64,000 nucleotides of DNA from Paenalcaligenes sp. (GCA_027317645.1 DAHVQS010000003.1:9236-73235); one strand, 5' to 3'; shown: positions 30,587 to 42,031, numbered from the stretch's first letter. Translations and numbers: made by a program. Notes: generated from the letters alone by a model not told the origin.

Positions 30587-31015
30587 ATGAAAACCTTTGT
30601 GGCAAAGCCCAAGGAAGTACGGCGTGAATGGTTTGTGGTTGATGCCAAGGATAAAGTCCTTGGACGTGTAGCCAGCGAAGTTGCACGGCGCTTGCGCGGC
30701 AAACACAAGCCAGAATACACTCCACACGTCGATACGGGCGATTATATCGTGGTGATTAATGCCGCACACTTACGCGTGACCGGCAACAAAGACAGAAACA
30801 AAAAGTATTACCGTCATACTGGCTACGTCGGTGGCATCCGCGAGACCAATTTCGAGTCCATGCAGGCTCGCTTCCCTGGTCGTGCGCTGGAAAAAGCAGT
30901 TAAGGGCATGCTTCCCAAGAACTCTCTGGGTTATGCCATGGCCAAAAAACTCAAGGTCTATGCAGGCGAGGATCATCCCCATACCGCCCAGCAGCCTAAA
31001 CCACTAGACATCTAA
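30587..31015 (+). CDS. rplM: 50S ribosomal protein L13
   Basis: Starts [20 protein letters not shown]. Start at ATG 30587. Confidence 0.97.
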   Translation: MKTFVAKPKEVRREWFVVDAKDKVLGRVASEVARRLRGKHKPEYTPHVDTGDYIVVINAAHLRVTGNKDRNKKYYRHTGYVGGIRETNFESMQARFPGRALEKAVKGMLPKNSLGYAMAKKLKVYAGEDHPHTAQQPKPLDI

Positions 31016-31025
31016 GGATATCCTC

Positions 31026-31418
31026 ATGATTGGTGATTGGAATTACGGCACCGGGCGGCGCAAAAGATCCGTCGCACGTGTGTTCATTAAAAAAGGTAGT
31101 GGGCAGATCGTTGTTAATGGTCGCCCTGTTGATGAATATTTCGCCCGTGAAACAGGGCGTATGATTGTACGTCAGCCGCTAGACCTGACAGACAACCTCG
31201 AGTCCTTTGACATCAAGGTCAACGTACACGGTGGTGGCGAGAGTGGCCAAGCAGGCGCCATTCGTCACGGCATTACCCGTGCACTCATCCAATATGATGA
31301 GTCTCTCAAGGCTCAGCTGCGTCAAGCAGGTTATGTGACCCGTGATGCACGTTCTGTCGAGCGTAAAAAGGTGGGTCTACACAAAGCACGTCGCCGCAAA
31401 CAGTTCAGCAAGCGTTAA
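31026..31418 (+). CDS. rpsI: 30S ribosomal protein S9
   Basis: 130 aa. Ends [11 protein letters not shown]. Confidence 0.97.
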   Translation: MIGDWNYGTGRRKRSVARVFIKKGSGQIVVNGRPVDEYFARETGRMIVRQPLDLTDNLESFDIKVNVHGGGESGQAGAIRHGITRALIQYDESLKAQLRQAGYVTRDARSVERKKVGLHKARRRKQFSKR

Positions 31419-31453
31419 TAGCCCTAGCTGTCCGCGATTATTGCTTACCTCAC

Positions 31454-31485
31454 AACGCCCCGTATTTGCGGGGCGTTGTTGTTTG
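31454..31485 (+). terminator. Intrinsic terminator after rpsI
   Basis: AACGCCCCG-TATTTG-CGGGGCGTT followed by GTTGTTTG. Confidence 0.65.
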
Positions 31486-31609
31486 CATCTTTGCTGCATT
31501 TTCATGCGAAATATAGGTTAATCCTGACGTAATTGTTTAATCCTCGCTACAATAGGATGGTGGCTCATCGATTGGGCGTTGATTCACCATGTTGATATTC
31601 GAGGGGGTT

Positions 31610-32677
31610 ATGACGGCTTCGACCTATCCAACCATACGCGCAGGCATTGTTGGCGCCACCGGTTATACCGGTGTAGAGCTCTTGCGTTTGCTCGGGGCGC
31701 ATCCGGCAGTAGAGATTCGGGCAGTAACATCACGCACAGAGCAAGGCATGCCTGTGGCCGAGATGTTTCCTAATTTGCGCGGTCATGTCGATGCCGTGTT
31801 CCAAACCCCGGACGAGGCCGCGCTAGATGAGTGCGATGTGGTGTTTTTTGCGACGCCTCATGGGGTCGCCATGCAACAAGCTCGCCAGCTGGTGGATCAG
31901 GGCATCAAGGTGATCGATTTAGCCGCTGATTTTCGTCTTCAAGAAACGGCGGTATTCGAGCAGTGGTACAAGCACAAACATGCTTGCCCTGATGTGCTCT
32001 CTGAGGCCGTGTATGGGTTAGTAGAGCTGCATCGCGAGCGCATCCGACACGCGCGGGTGGTCGGTAATCCTGGATGCTACCCCGTGACTGTCTTGCTTGG
32101 GCTGGCCCCCTTGTTGCAGCAAGATACGCCTTTAATTGACACCAGCAATATCATTGCCGATTGCAAATCGGGGGTGTCCGGTGCTGGGCGCAAGGCCTCT
32201 ATTGGTACTTTATTTGCCGAGACCAGCGATAATTTCAAAGCCTATGGGGTCGGTGGGCATCGCCACCACCCCGAAATTGTCGAGCAACTGCGCGGCTTAA
32301 CCCAGGGCCAAGAGGTGGGGCTGACATTCACCCCTCATTTGGTACCGATGATCCGTGGGATGTTTTCTACTTTATATTTGCGCCTCCTGCCTGAGGCGGT
32401 GGACACTGATTTTCAAAAGCTCTACGAGCAGCGCTATGCCGATGAGCCTTTTGTTGACGTGTTGCCCGCAGGAACTTGGCCCGAGACGCGTTCCGTACGC
32501 GCCTCTAATATGCTGCGCATCGCCGTGCAGCGTGGGACCCAAAAAGACGTATTGATCGTGATGGTCGCGCAGGATAATTTAGTAAAGGGGGCTGCCGGTC
32601 AGGCCGTGCAAAATATGAACCTCATGTTTGGTCTGGATGAGCGGCTTGGATTGCAACAAATCGCTGTGTTGCCATAA
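31610..32677 (+). CDS. argC: N-acetyl-gamma-glutamyl-phosphate reductase
   Basis: Contains [17 protein letters not shown] and the active-site region NPGCYP. Start at ATG 31610, after a GAGGGGG Shine-Dalgarno sequence. Confidence 0.93.
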   Translation: MTASTYPTIRAGIVGATGYTGVELLRLLGAHPAVEIRAVTSRTEQGMPVAEMFPNLRGHVDAVFQTPDEAALDECDVVFFATPHGVAMQQARQLVDQGIKVIDLAADFRLQETAVFEQWYKHKHACPDVLSEAVYGLVELHRERIRHARVVGNPGCYPVTVLLGLAPLLQQDTPLIDTSNIIADCKSGVSGAGRKASIGTLFAETSDNFKAYGVGGHRHHPEIVEQLRGLTQGQEVGLTFTPHLVPMIRGMFSTLYLRLLPEAVDTDFQKLYEQRYADEPFVDVLPAGTWPETRSVRASNMLRIAVQRGTQKDVLIVMVAQDNLVKGAAGQAVQNMNLMFGLDERLGLQQIAVLP

Positions 32678-32757
32678 AGATTTACCCATTTCTTGAATGT
32701 TAAAGCATTGAATGCGCTACAATAGGTACAAATAGATTTAAATGATAGGAGTCATTT

Positions 32758-33123
32758 ATGAGCATTTCCGAAAAGACTGATTTGCAGGCTCCACCCGCTC
32801 CACTGGCATTTAGTGATGCTGCAGCGGAAAAGGTTCGTGAGTTATTGCTTGATGAGGGCAATCCTAATCTCAAGCTGCGTGTCTTTGTGCAGGGCGGTGG
32901 CTGCTCTGGTTTTCAGTATGGTTTTACCTTTGACGAGGAGACCAGCGGCGATGATACCGTCGTCGAGCGTGGTGGGGTGCAATTGCTTATCGACCCCATG
33001 AGTTTCCAATATCTAGTAGGGGCTGAAATCGACTACAAGGACGACTTGGAGGGGGCGCAATTTGTCATTCGCAACCCCAACGCCATGACGTCTTGTGGGT
33101 GCGGTTCGTCCTTTGCTGTTTAA
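32758..33123 (+). CDS. erpA: Iron-sulfur cluster insertion protein ErpA (HesB/IscA family)
   Basis: 121 aa. Contains GGGCSGFQY and the C-terminal CGCGSSFAV. Confidence 0.9.
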   Translation: MSISEKTDLQAPPAPLAFSDAAAEKVRELLLDEGNPNLKLRVFVQGGGCSGFQYGFTFDEETSGDDTVVERGGVQLLIDPMSFQYLVGAEIDYKDDLEGAQFVIRNPNAMTSCGCGSSFAV

Positions 33124-33153
33124 TTTATTCGATAGGATGGGTGGCAGCGACGC

Positions 33154-34359
33154 TTAGGCGTAGTAGCGTGCCCCCAGACATGTTGGCTGACGAGCGCCGG
33201 TGACCTGAGGGTGGCCGGCGTTTATTTTTTGGTCATAGGCAAAGGCCAGCCAGGCAAATGCATAGGCCTCGAGATATTGAGGGTGCACATCAAACTCGGC
33301 GCTGCTATGTACAGTGGCCCCTAGCTGTTGTGCCGCCTGCTGTTGTAAACGCCGCATCAACTGCGAGTTGAGGGCGCCACCGCCACAAATAATGAGCGTC
33401 TGAGTGTCTGGTGCCCACTGAACAAGGGCATCGATAATACTGCGGGTGGTGTACTCGAGCAGCGTGGCCTGGATATCGGCTGCTGAGACAGAGTGCAAAG
33501 ATAAGGTCGAGAGCTTTTGCTGTAGCCAAGGGGCATTAAACAGATCTCTACCGGTGGATTTCGGTGGGGGTAGCTTCAGCCAAGGCTCGGCCAATAAAGC
33601 GTTGAGCAAGGTTGGGTGGCAGCGTCCGCTGGCAGCCCAGCGCCCCTCGTGATCATAAGGCTCATGACGGTGTTGCGCACACCATAGATCCATGAGCACA
33701 TTGCCTGGGCCGCAGTCAAAACCATAAAAGCTTGGGGCGGGTGCGCCTGGCTCTGCCTGGCCGGGTTTAGAGGGTTTTTGCCCTGCTAGGCGGGTGATGT
33801 TCGCCATGCCGCCAATATTGATGACTGCGCGCGGCTCATGGCCTGTAAAGAGCAAGGCATGAAAAGGTGGGACCAACGGGGCTCCTTGGCCGCCAGCTGC
33901 CAGATCGCGGCTGCGAAAATCAGCAATCACATCAATGCCAGTCTGCTCTGCTAATAATGCCGGGGCATTGAGTTGGATACTGATGCCCTCATTGGGGTGG
34001 TGGCGCACAGTTTGCCCATGGGCCCCAATGGCGATGATGTCGGCGGGGTGGAGGTGTGCCTCGGCCAATAGCTGCTGTACTGCTTGGCTGTAGTGACCGA
34101 CAAGTGCTTGGGCAGCGCGGGCACTGCGTAATAATTCATCAGGACCACTTTGGTTGAGGGCCATGAGCTCGTGGCGCAAAGCATCGGGCAACGAGATAGA
34201 GACCGCATGTTGAAAGTGGGCCGCCGGTATTCGGTCGCTAGGCGGCTGAGACGCCGTCTCGATGGCGGTCGCTGGGCTGGATGGGGCCTCAAACCGAGCA
34301 AGCACGGCGTCCACACCATCCATGCTCGTCCCCGACATTAAACCAATATACCAGCCCAT
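33154..34359 (-). CDS. anmK: Anhydro-N-acetylmuramic acid kinase
   Basis: 401 aa. Starts YIGLMSGTSMDGVD. Also contains NIGGMANI and FDCGPGN. Confidence 0.9.
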   Translation of the reverse strand: MGWYIGLMSGTSMDGVDAVLARFEAPSSPATAIETASQPPSDRIPAAHFQHAVSISLPDALRHELMALNQSGPDELLRSARAAQALVGHYSQAVQQLLAEAHLHPADIIAIGAHGQTVRHHPNEGISIQLNAPALLAEQTGIDVIADFRSRDLAAGGQGAPLVPPFHALLFTGHEPRAVINIGGMANITRLAGQKPSKPGQAEPGAPAPSFYGFDCGPGNVLMDLWCAQHRHEPYDHEGRWAASGRCHPTLLNALLAEPWLKLPPPKSTGRDLFNAPWLQQKLSTLSLHSVSAADIQATLLEYTTRSIIDALVQWAPDTQTLIICGGGALNSQLMRRLQQQAAQQLGATVHSSAEFDVHPQYLEAYAFAWLAFAYDQKINAGHPQVTGARQPTCLGARYYA

Positions 34360-34380
34360 GCCTAGGTCTTTTAAGAGGGG

Positions 34381-35703
34381 TTAGTCAGACATGGCCAACA
34401 AGCGTTGGTCCGTGCGCTCTTTGAGTAAAGCCAGTTGTTTCTCGTACTGACTGGCTAGCGCCTGTAGCTTTTCAACCTGCTCTGATTCTAGGGCCCTGGC
34501 GGCGGGTAAGTCGACCGACAGTGGATCGACGGGCTTGCCATCGATACGGAATTCATAATGCAGGTGAGGGCCAGTCGCCCAGCCGGTCGCACCCACGTAA
34601 CCGATACGCTGGCCTTGTTGGACCTTGGCGCCCTTTTTCAGGCCTGGCTCAAAGCGGCTCTGGTGGGCATAGAGCGTGCTGTAGCCACTATGGTGTTTGA
34701 GGATGATGACATTGCCATAGCCCCGTTGGGTGCCAATGAAATCGACCACGCCATCTGCGGTTGCTTGGATGGGGGTGCCTTGGGGTGCCGCATAGTCCAC
34801 ACCATTGTGATTACGCCAGCTACCATGGATGGGGTGACGGCGTTTGCCAAAGGTAGAGCTGATACGGGTAAATTTGATCGCGTTGCGCAAAAAAGCGCCT
34901 TGGATGCTGTTACCCTCAAAATCATAGTAGCTACCACCGCCATCGCCCTCATCAAACCATAACGCTTGGTGGGTCTCGCCATCGTTTTCGTACTCGATGG
35001 CTAAAATACGCCCAGCCGCAATGGTTTGCCCCTGACTGGTATGGCTTTCGTAGATCACACGAAAGCGGTCTTCCTTGCGGATGTCTTTGATGAAATCAAT
35101 TTTACTGCCCAGCACATCGGTCATGGCCAAGGCCACAGAATCCGGGATGCCGGCTTGATCGGTGGCGCCAAATAGTGAGCTGGTAATGACGCCCTCGGCC
35201 ATTTTTACCTCGGTTTCAGCGGCAACAGTATGCTCTTTGGCAACAAAGCCATCGCCATCATCCGGCGTGACCTCGAGCCAGCGGGAAACGACCGTCTCAT
35301 CCTCTTTGGCTGCAGGGGTGTGATTGTAACGGAGCCACTGAAGCTTGTTGTTTTCATCGACGGAAACCTGGATGGTGCGCCCGGGATATAGTTTGTAGAT
35401 AGAGCGGGCGGCCTCGTCATAGGTCAAAAAGTGTTGTAAATCAGGCTCATCGACCTCGAGGCGCTTGAGGATGGCGGCCAGAGTGTCGCCTTGGCGGATA
35501 CTCGTTTGATGGATAAAGGGCCCCGTTTGACCTTGTAAACTTTTGATAATTGGGGCTTCTAATATCGTGCTGGTATGGTAGATTTCAGGGACAGGCTCTT
35601 GGGAGGGTGGGACAACAGCGATGGCGCCAGCGCCTACAAATAACCCGAGAGCAATAGTGAGCAGTGTTTTTTGTATGAATTTAGGGCGTTTGGGTGGTGT
35701 CAT
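34381..35703 (-). CDS. M23-family peptidoglycan DD-metalloendopeptidase
   Basis: 440 aa. N-terminal anchor. Contains HNGVDYAAPQGTPI and GPHLHYEF. Confidence 0.88.
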   Translation of the reverse strand: MTPPKRPKFIQKTLLTIALGLFVGAGAIAVVPPSQEPVPEIYHTSTILEAPIIKSLQGQTGPFIHQTSIRQGDTLAAILKRLEVDEPDLQHFLTYDEAARSIYKLYPGRTIQVSVDENNKLQWLRYNHTPAAKEDETVVSRWLEVTPDDGDGFVAKEHTVAAETEVKMAEGVITSSLFGATDQAGIPDSVALAMTDVLGSKIDFIKDIRKEDRFRVIYESHTSQGQTIAAGRILAIEYENDGETHQALWFDEGDGGGSYYDFEGNSIQGAFLRNAIKFTRISSTFGKRRHPIHGSWRNHNGVDYAAPQGTPIQATADGVVDFIGTQRGYGNVIILKHHSGYSTLYAHQSRFEPGLKKGAKVQQGQRIGYVGATGWATGPHLHYEFRIDGKPVDPLSVDLPAARALESEQVEKLQALASQYEKQLALLKERTDQRLLAMSD

Positions 35704-36004
35704 GACGGCTTTTTAGCAGGGGTTGTTTTTGACATCAAAGCATGGGTATATAGCATCGGCCCACTACGTTTGTGCACGGGTAGCAGGCCGATAAAACAAT
35801 AAAAAAAAGAAACACGCCCCGGTGTGATTGCCTTTTTTAGCGCTGTGGCAGATGGATGCCTAGGTGTAGGATGCGGCTGGGTAAAAAAGGCAGAAATATT
35901 AGTTGTGCCGGTATTCTTGCGTGCAAAATATGTTCTAGCAAGTTATCCTAACGCATTCAGAAGAAATTTTCGAGTCTTTTTGTGTTACATTTGCTAGGTT
36001 AATT

Positions 36005-37234
36005 ATGTCTTCATCAGAGCTACCGATATCTGATGCCGTTCGAGCTGATTTAGAGGTCGTCAAACGCGGTTGTGATGAGCTCATTGTCGAGTCCGAATTT
36101 GCGCAAAAACTCGCCCGCAGTCATCAGACGGGCACCCCTTTGAGAATAAAACTAGGGTTGGATCCCACCGCCCCAGATATTCACTTAGGGCATACCGTAG
36201 TGCTCAACAAAATGCGCCAACTGCAGGATTTGGGCCATGTGGTGATTTTTCTCATTGGCGACTTTACCTCAACAATCGGTGACCCCAGCGGTCGCGATAC
36301 GACGCGGCCGCCGTTGACGCGCGACGAAATTCAGTTTAACGCCCAGACGTATTACGAGCAGGCCAGCTTGGTTTTAGACCCTGATAAAACAGAGGTTTGC
36401 TATAACTCTAAATGGTGTGATGAGTTAGGGACACGTGGGCTTATTCAGCTGGCTTCTCGTTATACCGTGGCACGCATGCTTGAGCGGGATGACTTTACCA
36501 AACGTTATCAGCAGCATTTGCCCATTGCCATTCATGAGTTTATCTATCCCTTGTTACAGGGCTATGATTCGGTGCAGCTTAAGGCTGATTTAGAATTGGG
36601 TGGTACCGATCAAAAGTTTAATTTGCTGGTTGGACGTGAGCTGCAAAAAGAATACGGCCAAGAGCCCCAGTGCATCATGACCATGCCATTGCTTGAGGGG
36701 TTAGATGGGCACGAAAAAATGTCTAAGTCACGCGGCAATTATATTGGTGTGACCGAGGCCCCAGGCAGTATGTTTGGCAAAATCATGTCTATTTCGGATG
36801 AGCTGATGTGGCGCTATTATGAGCTGCTCTCATTCCGTTCACTGGCCGAGATCCAAAAATTGCGTGATGAGATCGCTGATGGACGCAATCCACGTGATGT
36901 TAAAGTAGAGTTGGCATTAGAGCTGGTGGCGCGCTTTCATAGCCCACAGCTTGCCCAAAAGGCACTCGAGGGCTTCGAGGCACAATTTCGCCGCGGCGAG
37001 ATGCCCGAAGACATGCCCGAGGTGACATTGACTGGTGCACCCAAAAATATTGTCCATATACTTCGTGAGTCTGGGCTTGTGAGCTCTGGTAGCGAGGGGC
37101 AACGCAGTATTGCGCAGCGTGCAGTACGCGTCGATGGCCAGCGGATCGAAGATCGCACACTTGAGCTCGAGGCCGGGACATATATTTTACAAGTTGGCAA
37201 AAGGCGTTTTGCACGGGTTACACTAGACACATAA
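36005..37234 (+). CDS. tyrS: Tyrosine--tRNA ligase (type 2)
   Basis: 409 aa. Contains HLGH and KMSKS. C-terminal S4-like domain. Confidence 0.93.
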   Translation: MSSSELPISDAVRADLEVVKRGCDELIVESEFAQKLARSHQTGTPLRIKLGLDPTAPDIHLGHTVVLNKMRQLQDLGHVVIFLIGDFTSTIGDPSGRDTTRPPLTRDEIQFNAQTYYEQASLVLDPDKTEVCYNSKWCDELGTRGLIQLASRYTVARMLERDDFTKRYQQHLPIAIHEFIYPLLQGYDSVQLKADLELGGTDQKFNLLVGRELQKEYGQEPQCIMTMPLLEGLDGHEKMSKSRGNYIGVTEAPGSMFGKIMSISDELMWRYYELLSFRSLAEIQKLRDEIADGRNPRDVKVELALELVARFHSPQLAQKALEGFEAQFRRGEMPEDMPEVTLTGAPKNIVHILRESGLVSSGSEGQRSIAQRAVRVDGQRIEDRTLELEAGTYILQVGKRRFARVTLDT

Positions 37235-37272
37235 CCTGTTTAGCGGCTTCACGCATGAAAGAGGAGTGATGC

Positions 37273-37908
37273 ATGAAATTACATAGTAATTCTTTTGCAG
37301 ACAATACTGCCATTCCTGAGCAGTATGCATTTTGTCGGCCAGATCCCGAGACACACGCCACACTAGGCGGAAACCTGAATCCTCACCTGGCTTGGTCCGA
37401 TGTGCCCGAGGGGACCCGTTCTTTTGTGATTTTGTGCGAGGATCCCGATGTCCCAACCAAAATGGATGACGTCAACCAAGAGGGCCGTGAGATCCCTGCT
37501 GATTTGCCGCGCACGCATTTTTATCATTGGGTGTTAGTTGATTTGGCAGCCGATACCCGCGAGATCCCTGAGGGTGCTTATTCCGATGGGGTCACCCCTC
37601 GGGGCAAGGCCGGGCCACTCGCACTGGATGGCACGCGCCAGGGGTTGAATGGGTTTACCGACTTTTTCGCCCATGATCGCGATATGAATGGCGATTATTT
37701 TGGCTATGACGGACCTTGCCCCCCATGGAACGATGCCATTGTCCACCGTTACGTTTTTACCGTGTATGCTGTGGATATTGACGAGATTCCGGTAGAGGGC
37801 AAGTTCACCGGTGATGATGTCAAAAAAGCCATCGAGGGTCATATCCTCGGCCAAGCCTCTATCACTGGCATTTATACGCTCAACCCGCGTTTGCGTGATG
37901 GGGAATAA
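37273..37908 (+). CDS. YbhB/YbcL-family (PEBP, Raf-kinase-inhibitor-like) protein
   Basis: 211 aa. Contains NPHLAWSDVPEGTRSFVILCEDPD and HRYVFTVYA. Confidence 0.8.
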   Translation: MKLHSNSFADNTAIPEQYAFCRPDPETHATLGGNLNPHLAWSDVPEGTRSFVILCEDPDVPTKMDDVNQEGREIPADLPRTHFYHWVLVDLAADTREIPEGAYSDGVTPRGKAGPLALDGTRQGLNGFTDFFAHDRDMNGDYFGYDGPCPPWNDAIVHRYVFTVYAVDIDEIPVEGKFTGDDVKKAIEGHILGQASITGIYTLNPRLRDGE

Positions 37909-37970
37909 ACATATTTCTGATGCTTTGATGCCCCACGGTTACCTTTTAGGTGCGTGGGGTATGATGGTTT

Positions 37971-37994
37971 AGCCCAGCATTGTCTGGGCTTTTT
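37971..37994 (+). terminator. Intrinsic terminator after the PEBP gene
   Basis: AGCCCAG-CATTGT-CTGGGCT followed by TTTTT. Confidence 0.6.
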
Positions 37995-38116
37995 CATTGC
38001 TAGGGCTAGCCCATGTATTTTGATGGGTTAATATTTAGCCAAATTTTTGGATCCAAGCTAAAATAGGTGGCTCCTTAATTTCAGCCTACCTTCTCACTGT
38101 TAGGAACATACAATAC

Positions 38117-39373
38117 ATGTTTGACCGTTCTCGTACCTTAGATGTGGTTGATCCCGATATTTGGGCGGCCATCGAAAAAGAAGACACTCGTCAAGAGCAA
38201 CATATCGAGCTCATTGCCTCTGAAAACTATGCCAGCCCTGCGGTCATGCAGGCCCAAGGCACACAGTTGACCAATAAGTACGCCGAGGGGTATCCAGGGC
38301 GCCGTTATTATGGTGGCTGTGAGTATGTAGACGTGATTGAGCAGCTCGCCATTGATCGCCTCAAAGAAATTTTTGGTGCGCCTGCCGCTAATGTTCAGCC
38401 CAACTCTGGCTCACAAGCCAACCAGGCGGTCTATCTGGCAACGCTCAAGCCTGGGGATACTGTCCTAGGGATGAATCTTGCTGAAGGTGGGCATTTGACA
38501 CACGGTTCTCCTGTCAATGCGTCTGGTATTTTGTATAACTTTGTATCCTATGGTTTGGATGAGAACGAGGAGCTTGACTACGACGCGCTCGAGCGTTTGG
38601 CCAAAGAGCACAAGCCCAAGCTGATCGTCGGTGGGGCTTCCGCTTACTCCCTGAAAATTGATTTTGAGCGCATGGGCCGCATTGCACGTGAAAATGGTGC
38701 ACTCTTTATGGTGGATATTGCCCACTATGCGGGGCTGGTTGCTGGCGGTGCTTATCCCAACCCCATGCCCCATGCTGACTTTGTGACCTCAACCACGCAT
38801 AAATCATTGCGCGGCCCCCGTGGTGGCGTCATCATGATGAAGCCTGAGTTCGAGCGCGCCATTAATTCTGCTATCTTTCCTGGACTGCAGGGTGGGCCCT
38901 TGGTGCATGTGATTGCGGCCAAAGCAGTTGCTTTCAAAGAGGCCTTGGACCCCAGTTTCAAGGATTATGCACAGCAGGTGCTAAAAAATGCTGACGTATT
39001 GGCCAAGACTTTGGTGTCGCGTGGCTTGCGCATTGTTTCTGGCCGGACCGAGAGTCATGTGATGTTAGTCGACCTGCGCAGCAAGGGCATCACCGGTAAG
39101 GATGCCGAGGCCGCATTGGGCAAGGCACACATTACGGTCAACAAAAACGCTATCCCCAATGATCCCGAGTCACCTTTTGTGACCAGTGGTGTTCGTTTGG
39201 GTACGCCTGCGGTCACCACACGTGGCTTTAAAGAGGCCGAGTGCGAGCTAACGGCCAACCTCATCGCTGACGTATTGGATGATCCTTTCAATGAGGAAAA
39301 CCTGGCCCAAGTACGTGCCCGTGTCAATGAGCTGACCGCGCGCTTACCTGTGTACGGGGGCTCTGCTAAATAG
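38117..39373 (+). CDS. glyA: Serine hydroxymethyltransferase
   Basis: 418 aa. Contains LIASENY and [13 protein letters not shown]. Confidence 0.97.
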   Translation: MFDRSRTLDVVDPDIWAAIEKEDTRQEQHIELIASENYASPAVMQAQGTQLTNKYAEGYPGRRYYGGCEYVDVIEQLAIDRLKEIFGAPAANVQPNSGSQANQAVYLATLKPGDTVLGMNLAEGGHLTHGSPVNASGILYNFVSYGLDENEELDYDALERLAKEHKPKLIVGGASAYSLKIDFERMGRIARENGALFMVDIAHYAGLVAGGAYPNPMPHADFVTSTTHKSLRGPRGGVIMMKPEFERAINSAIFPGLQGGPLVHVIAAKAVAFKEALDPSFKDYAQQVLKNADVLAKTLVSRGLRIVSGRTESHVMLVDLRSKGITGKDAEAALGKAHITVNKNAIPNDPESPFVTSGVRLGTPAVTTRGFKEAECELTANLIADVLDDPFNEENLAQVRARVNELTARLPVYGGSAK

Positions 39374-39400
39374 GTGGGCCCATGAGGGCTCGTGACGCAT

Positions 39401-39964
39401 ATGAAATGTCCATTCTGTAATCACGAAGACACTCAGGTCTTAGATTCACGAGTCCTTGAGGACGGTGACGCCATTCGGCGTCGCCGTCGTTGCTTATCGT
39501 GCGATCGGCGGTTTACGACCTATGAACGGGCTGAGCTGATGATGCCCACCGTGGTCAAGCGTGATGGTAGCCGGATGAGTTTCGACCCAGCGCGTGTGCG
39601 GGCCAGTATGGAGTTAGCATTGCGCAAGCTCACTGTCCCTAGCCAAGAGGTAGACGCTGCCATCGAGCGGATCCGCGAGAGTCTTATGCTCACGGGGGCC
39701 CGAGAAATCAATACCGAAGAAATTGGTGATCGTGTGCTCGAGGAATTACTCAAGCTCGATCAGGTGGCATATATTCGCTTTGCTTCCGTTTACAAAAGCT
39801 TTAATGATATCGACGAGTTTGTTCAAGCCATTCACGAGATGCAGCGTGTCATCGAGGCAAATAATGATCGCGTTGCGAGTGGCACAGCCGCTAAAAAAGC
39901 AGTGAAAAAGGCGGTTAAAAACACGACCAAAGGCGCTGCGGAAAAAGGCCAGCGCAATAAATAG
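39401..39964 (+). CDS. nrdR: Transcriptional repressor NrdR with a Lys/Ala-rich C-terminal tail
   Basis: Starts MKCPFCNHEDTQVLDSR, with CLSCDRRFTTYE completing the zinc ribbon. ATP-cone follows. About 35 extra C-terminal residues (AAKKAVKKAVKNTTKGAAEKGQRNK). Confidence 0.9.
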   Translation: MKCPFCNHEDTQVLDSRVLEDGDAIRRRRRCLSCDRRFTTYERAELMMPTVVKRDGSRMSFDPARVRASMELALRKLTVPSQEVDAAIERIRESLMLTGAREINTEEIGDRVLEELLKLDQVAYIRFASVYKSFNDIDEFVQAIHEMQRVIEANNDRVASGTAAKKAVKKAVKNTTKGAAEKGQRNK

Positions 39965-39974
39965 GCCCAATGCC

Positions 39975-41135
39975 ATGTTAAATGACGAAACCAACGATAA
40001 TTACTGGATGGCCCAGGCTCTGGAATGTGCTGAGCGGTCCTTGTTTCTGAGTGCGCCTAACCCACGTGTGGGCTGCGTCATTGTGCAAAATAATGCCTTG
40101 GTAGCGCAGGGCTTTACCCAGCAGGCGGGGCAGGCTCATGCCGAAATGATGGCACTTACCGAGGCGCAAAACCAAGGGTTTACTGATTTTAGCCAATGCA
40201 CTTTTTATGTGACCTTAGAGCCCTGCAGTCATTATGGTCGTACCAAGCCTTGTGTGGATGCCATTATTGATGTGGCCCCCAAACGCGTGGTGATCGCCAT
40301 GCCCGATCCGAATCCACAAATCGCTGGGCGGGGCATCGCTCAGCTCAAGGCCGCAGGTATTGAGGTACGTGTGGGGGTTTTGCTCCAAGAGGCGGCTTGG
40401 TTAAATGTCGGTTTTGTTTCTCGGATGCTCGAAAACAAACCTTGGATTTGGCTCAAAATTGCCAGCTCCATGGATGGATTTACGGCTCTCGAAGATGGGC
40501 GCTCACAATGGATTACCTCTGCCAGCGCACGTGATCATGGCCATCGTTGGCGAGCGCGCAGTGATTTAGTGGTCACAGGCTCAGGCACTGTGTTGGCGGA
40601 TGACCCGCAGCTCAATGTACGTGCCGTACCCACGGTTCGGCAACCCATGCGCGGTGTTTTTGATGGTCAGCTATCGTTATCGCCAGATTTGCAGTTTTTC
40701 CAAAAACAACCAGTGATGGTATGGGCGTCGGCAGGGGTATCTGCCGAGCGCAAGGCGGTTTTCGAAGAGCACGGTGTTTACGTGCGCGAGTTACCCGGGA
40801 CCGAGCGTGGCCAGGTGGATTTAGATGCTTGGAAAGAATGGCTAAGCCAACAGGAGTTCAATGAAATTCATGTAGAGGCCGGTGGGCGCCTCAATGGCGC
40901 CTTTGTGCAGGCTGGGCTGGTGGATCAGGTGGTGGCATATGTGGCACCCGCCTATTTGATGCACGGGCAGCCTGCTGTGATTGGGCAGCCGCCCATTCAA
41001 TTGAGCCAAGCATGGCGCTTAAATTTAATTCATACACAAAAAGTCGGTCCTGATGTTGAGCTGGTCCTGCGCAATGAAGAGCGCTGGCGAGGCCTATTGA
41101 CTCAGTTGTTACAACAGGCTGAACGCGATATTTAA
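39975..41135 (+). CDS. ribD: Bifunctional riboflavin-biosynthesis deaminase/reductase
   Basis: 386 aa. Deaminase motifs HAEM and TLEPCSHYGRTKPC. C-terminal RibD reductase domain. Confidence 0.93.
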   Translation: MLNDETNDNYWMAQALECAERSLFLSAPNPRVGCVIVQNNALVAQGFTQQAGQAHAEMMALTEAQNQGFTDFSQCTFYVTLEPCSHYGRTKPCVDAIIDVAPKRVVIAMPDPNPQIAGRGIAQLKAAGIEVRVGVLLQEAAWLNVGFVSRMLENKPWIWLKIASSMDGFTALEDGRSQWITSASARDHGHRWRARSDLVVTGSGTVLADDPQLNVRAVPTVRQPMRGVFDGQLSLSPDLQFFQKQPVMVWASAGVSAERKAVFEEHGVYVRELPGTERGQVDLDAWKEWLSQQEFNEIHVEAGGRLNGAFVQAGLVDQVVAYVAPAYLMHGQPAVIGQPPIQLSQAWRLNLIHTQKVGPDVELVLRNEERWRGLLTQLLQQAERDI

Positions 41136-41137
41136 CT

Positions 41138-41758
41138 ATGTTTACTGGAATTGTTCGTGCGGTGGGTGAAATTGTTAAAACCACCCCCATCAATAAAGAG
41201 GACCAACAAGCAGGGCTGCGACTGACTGTGGATGCAGCGGGGCTAGATTTGAGTCGGGTGCAGGTTGGAGATTCTATTGCCATCCAAGGGGCCTGCATGA
41301 CTGTGTTGCGTCATGCCGAGGGTAAGTTTGAGGTGGATGTTTCTCAGGAAAGCCTCTCTCGTACTGCCGGGTTAGATCGTCTCGGCCCAGTAAACCTCGA
41401 GGCGGCCATGCGCTTGGGCGACACCCTAGACGGGCATATGGTCTTGGGCCATGTGGATGGAGTGGGTGAGATCACTGCATTTAAACCCGTGGGTGAGTCT
41501 TATTTACTGCAAATCAAGGCACCCAAGCATTGTGCTAAATATTTGGCTTTCAAGGGCTCTGTCACCATTAATGGCGTGAGCTTGACCATCAACGAGGTCG
41601 TGGACAGTGCAGACGGTTGCACCATCAGTATTAACTTGATCCCACACACCGTTGCCGAGACTACCTTTCAATACGCCCAAGTGGGAGATCCGGTCAATAT
41701 CGAGGTGGATACCATTGCTCGTTATGTCGAGCGGATGCTACAAAAAACAAGTACTTGA
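41138..41758 (+). CDS. ribE: Riboflavin synthase (alpha chain)
   Basis: 206 aa. Starts MFTGIV. Duplicated lumazine-binding repeats (GDSIAIQGACMTV and VTINGVSLTI). Confidence 0.93.
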   Translation: MFTGIVRAVGEIVKTTPINKEDQQAGLRLTVDAAGLDLSRVQVGDSIAIQGACMTVLRHAEGKFEVDVSQESLSRTAGLDRLGPVNLEAAMRLGDTLDGHMVLGHVDGVGEITAFKPVGESYLLQIKAPKHCAKYLAFKGSVTINGVSLTINEVVDSADGCTISINLIPHTVAETTFQYAQVGDPVNIEVDTIARYVERMLQKTST

Positions 41759-41783
41759 GCTTCGCTATCATTTTGAGTACAAT
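41755..41783 (+). promoter_or_regulatory. Putative sigma-70 promoter for tRNA-Ser
   Basis: TTGAGC, 17-nt spacer, TACAAT. The -10 element ends 13 nt before the tRNA 5' end. The -35 element overlaps the ribE stop. Confidence 0.45.
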
Positions 41784-41796
41784 GGTCGCTTATTTT

Positions 41797-41887
41797 GGAT
41801 AGGTGGCCGAGTGGTTGAAGGCGCACGCCTGGAAAGCGTGTATACGTGAATAGCGTATCGAGGGTTCGAATCCCTCCCTGTCCGCCA
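41797..41887 (+). tRNA. tRNA-Ser (anticodon GGA)
   Basis: Acceptor stem GGATAGG pairs with CCTGTCC, followed by GCCA. D-arm GTGGCCGAGTGGTTGAAGGC. Anticodon loop CTGGAAA. Long variable arm. T-arm GGTTCGAATCC. Encoded CCA. Confidence 0.93.
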
Positions 41888-41897
41888 AGACATACCA

Positions 41898-41931
41898 ATC
41901 GCTGAGTAGTACACGACTCAGCGATTTTTTT
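41898..41931 (+). terminator. Intrinsic terminator after tRNA-Ser
   Basis: Perfect 10-bp stem ATCGCTGAGT / ACTCAGCGAT followed by TTTTTTT. Confidence 0.8.
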
Positions 41932-42031
41932 ATGTCTATTGCCTTTAAACTAGAGCGGGCGAGCCATAGGCCAGTCGCTGATATAGGGCAATGAGGCTTA
42001 AAAATAACTCAATCAATAATTATTAAAAAAT

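Noticed and set aside
37909-38116. ZTP or other folate-related riboswitch upstream of glyA
   Set aside because: I found only a terminator for the upstream gene and AT-rich promoter sequence. No pfl-motif pseudoknot elements are recognisable.
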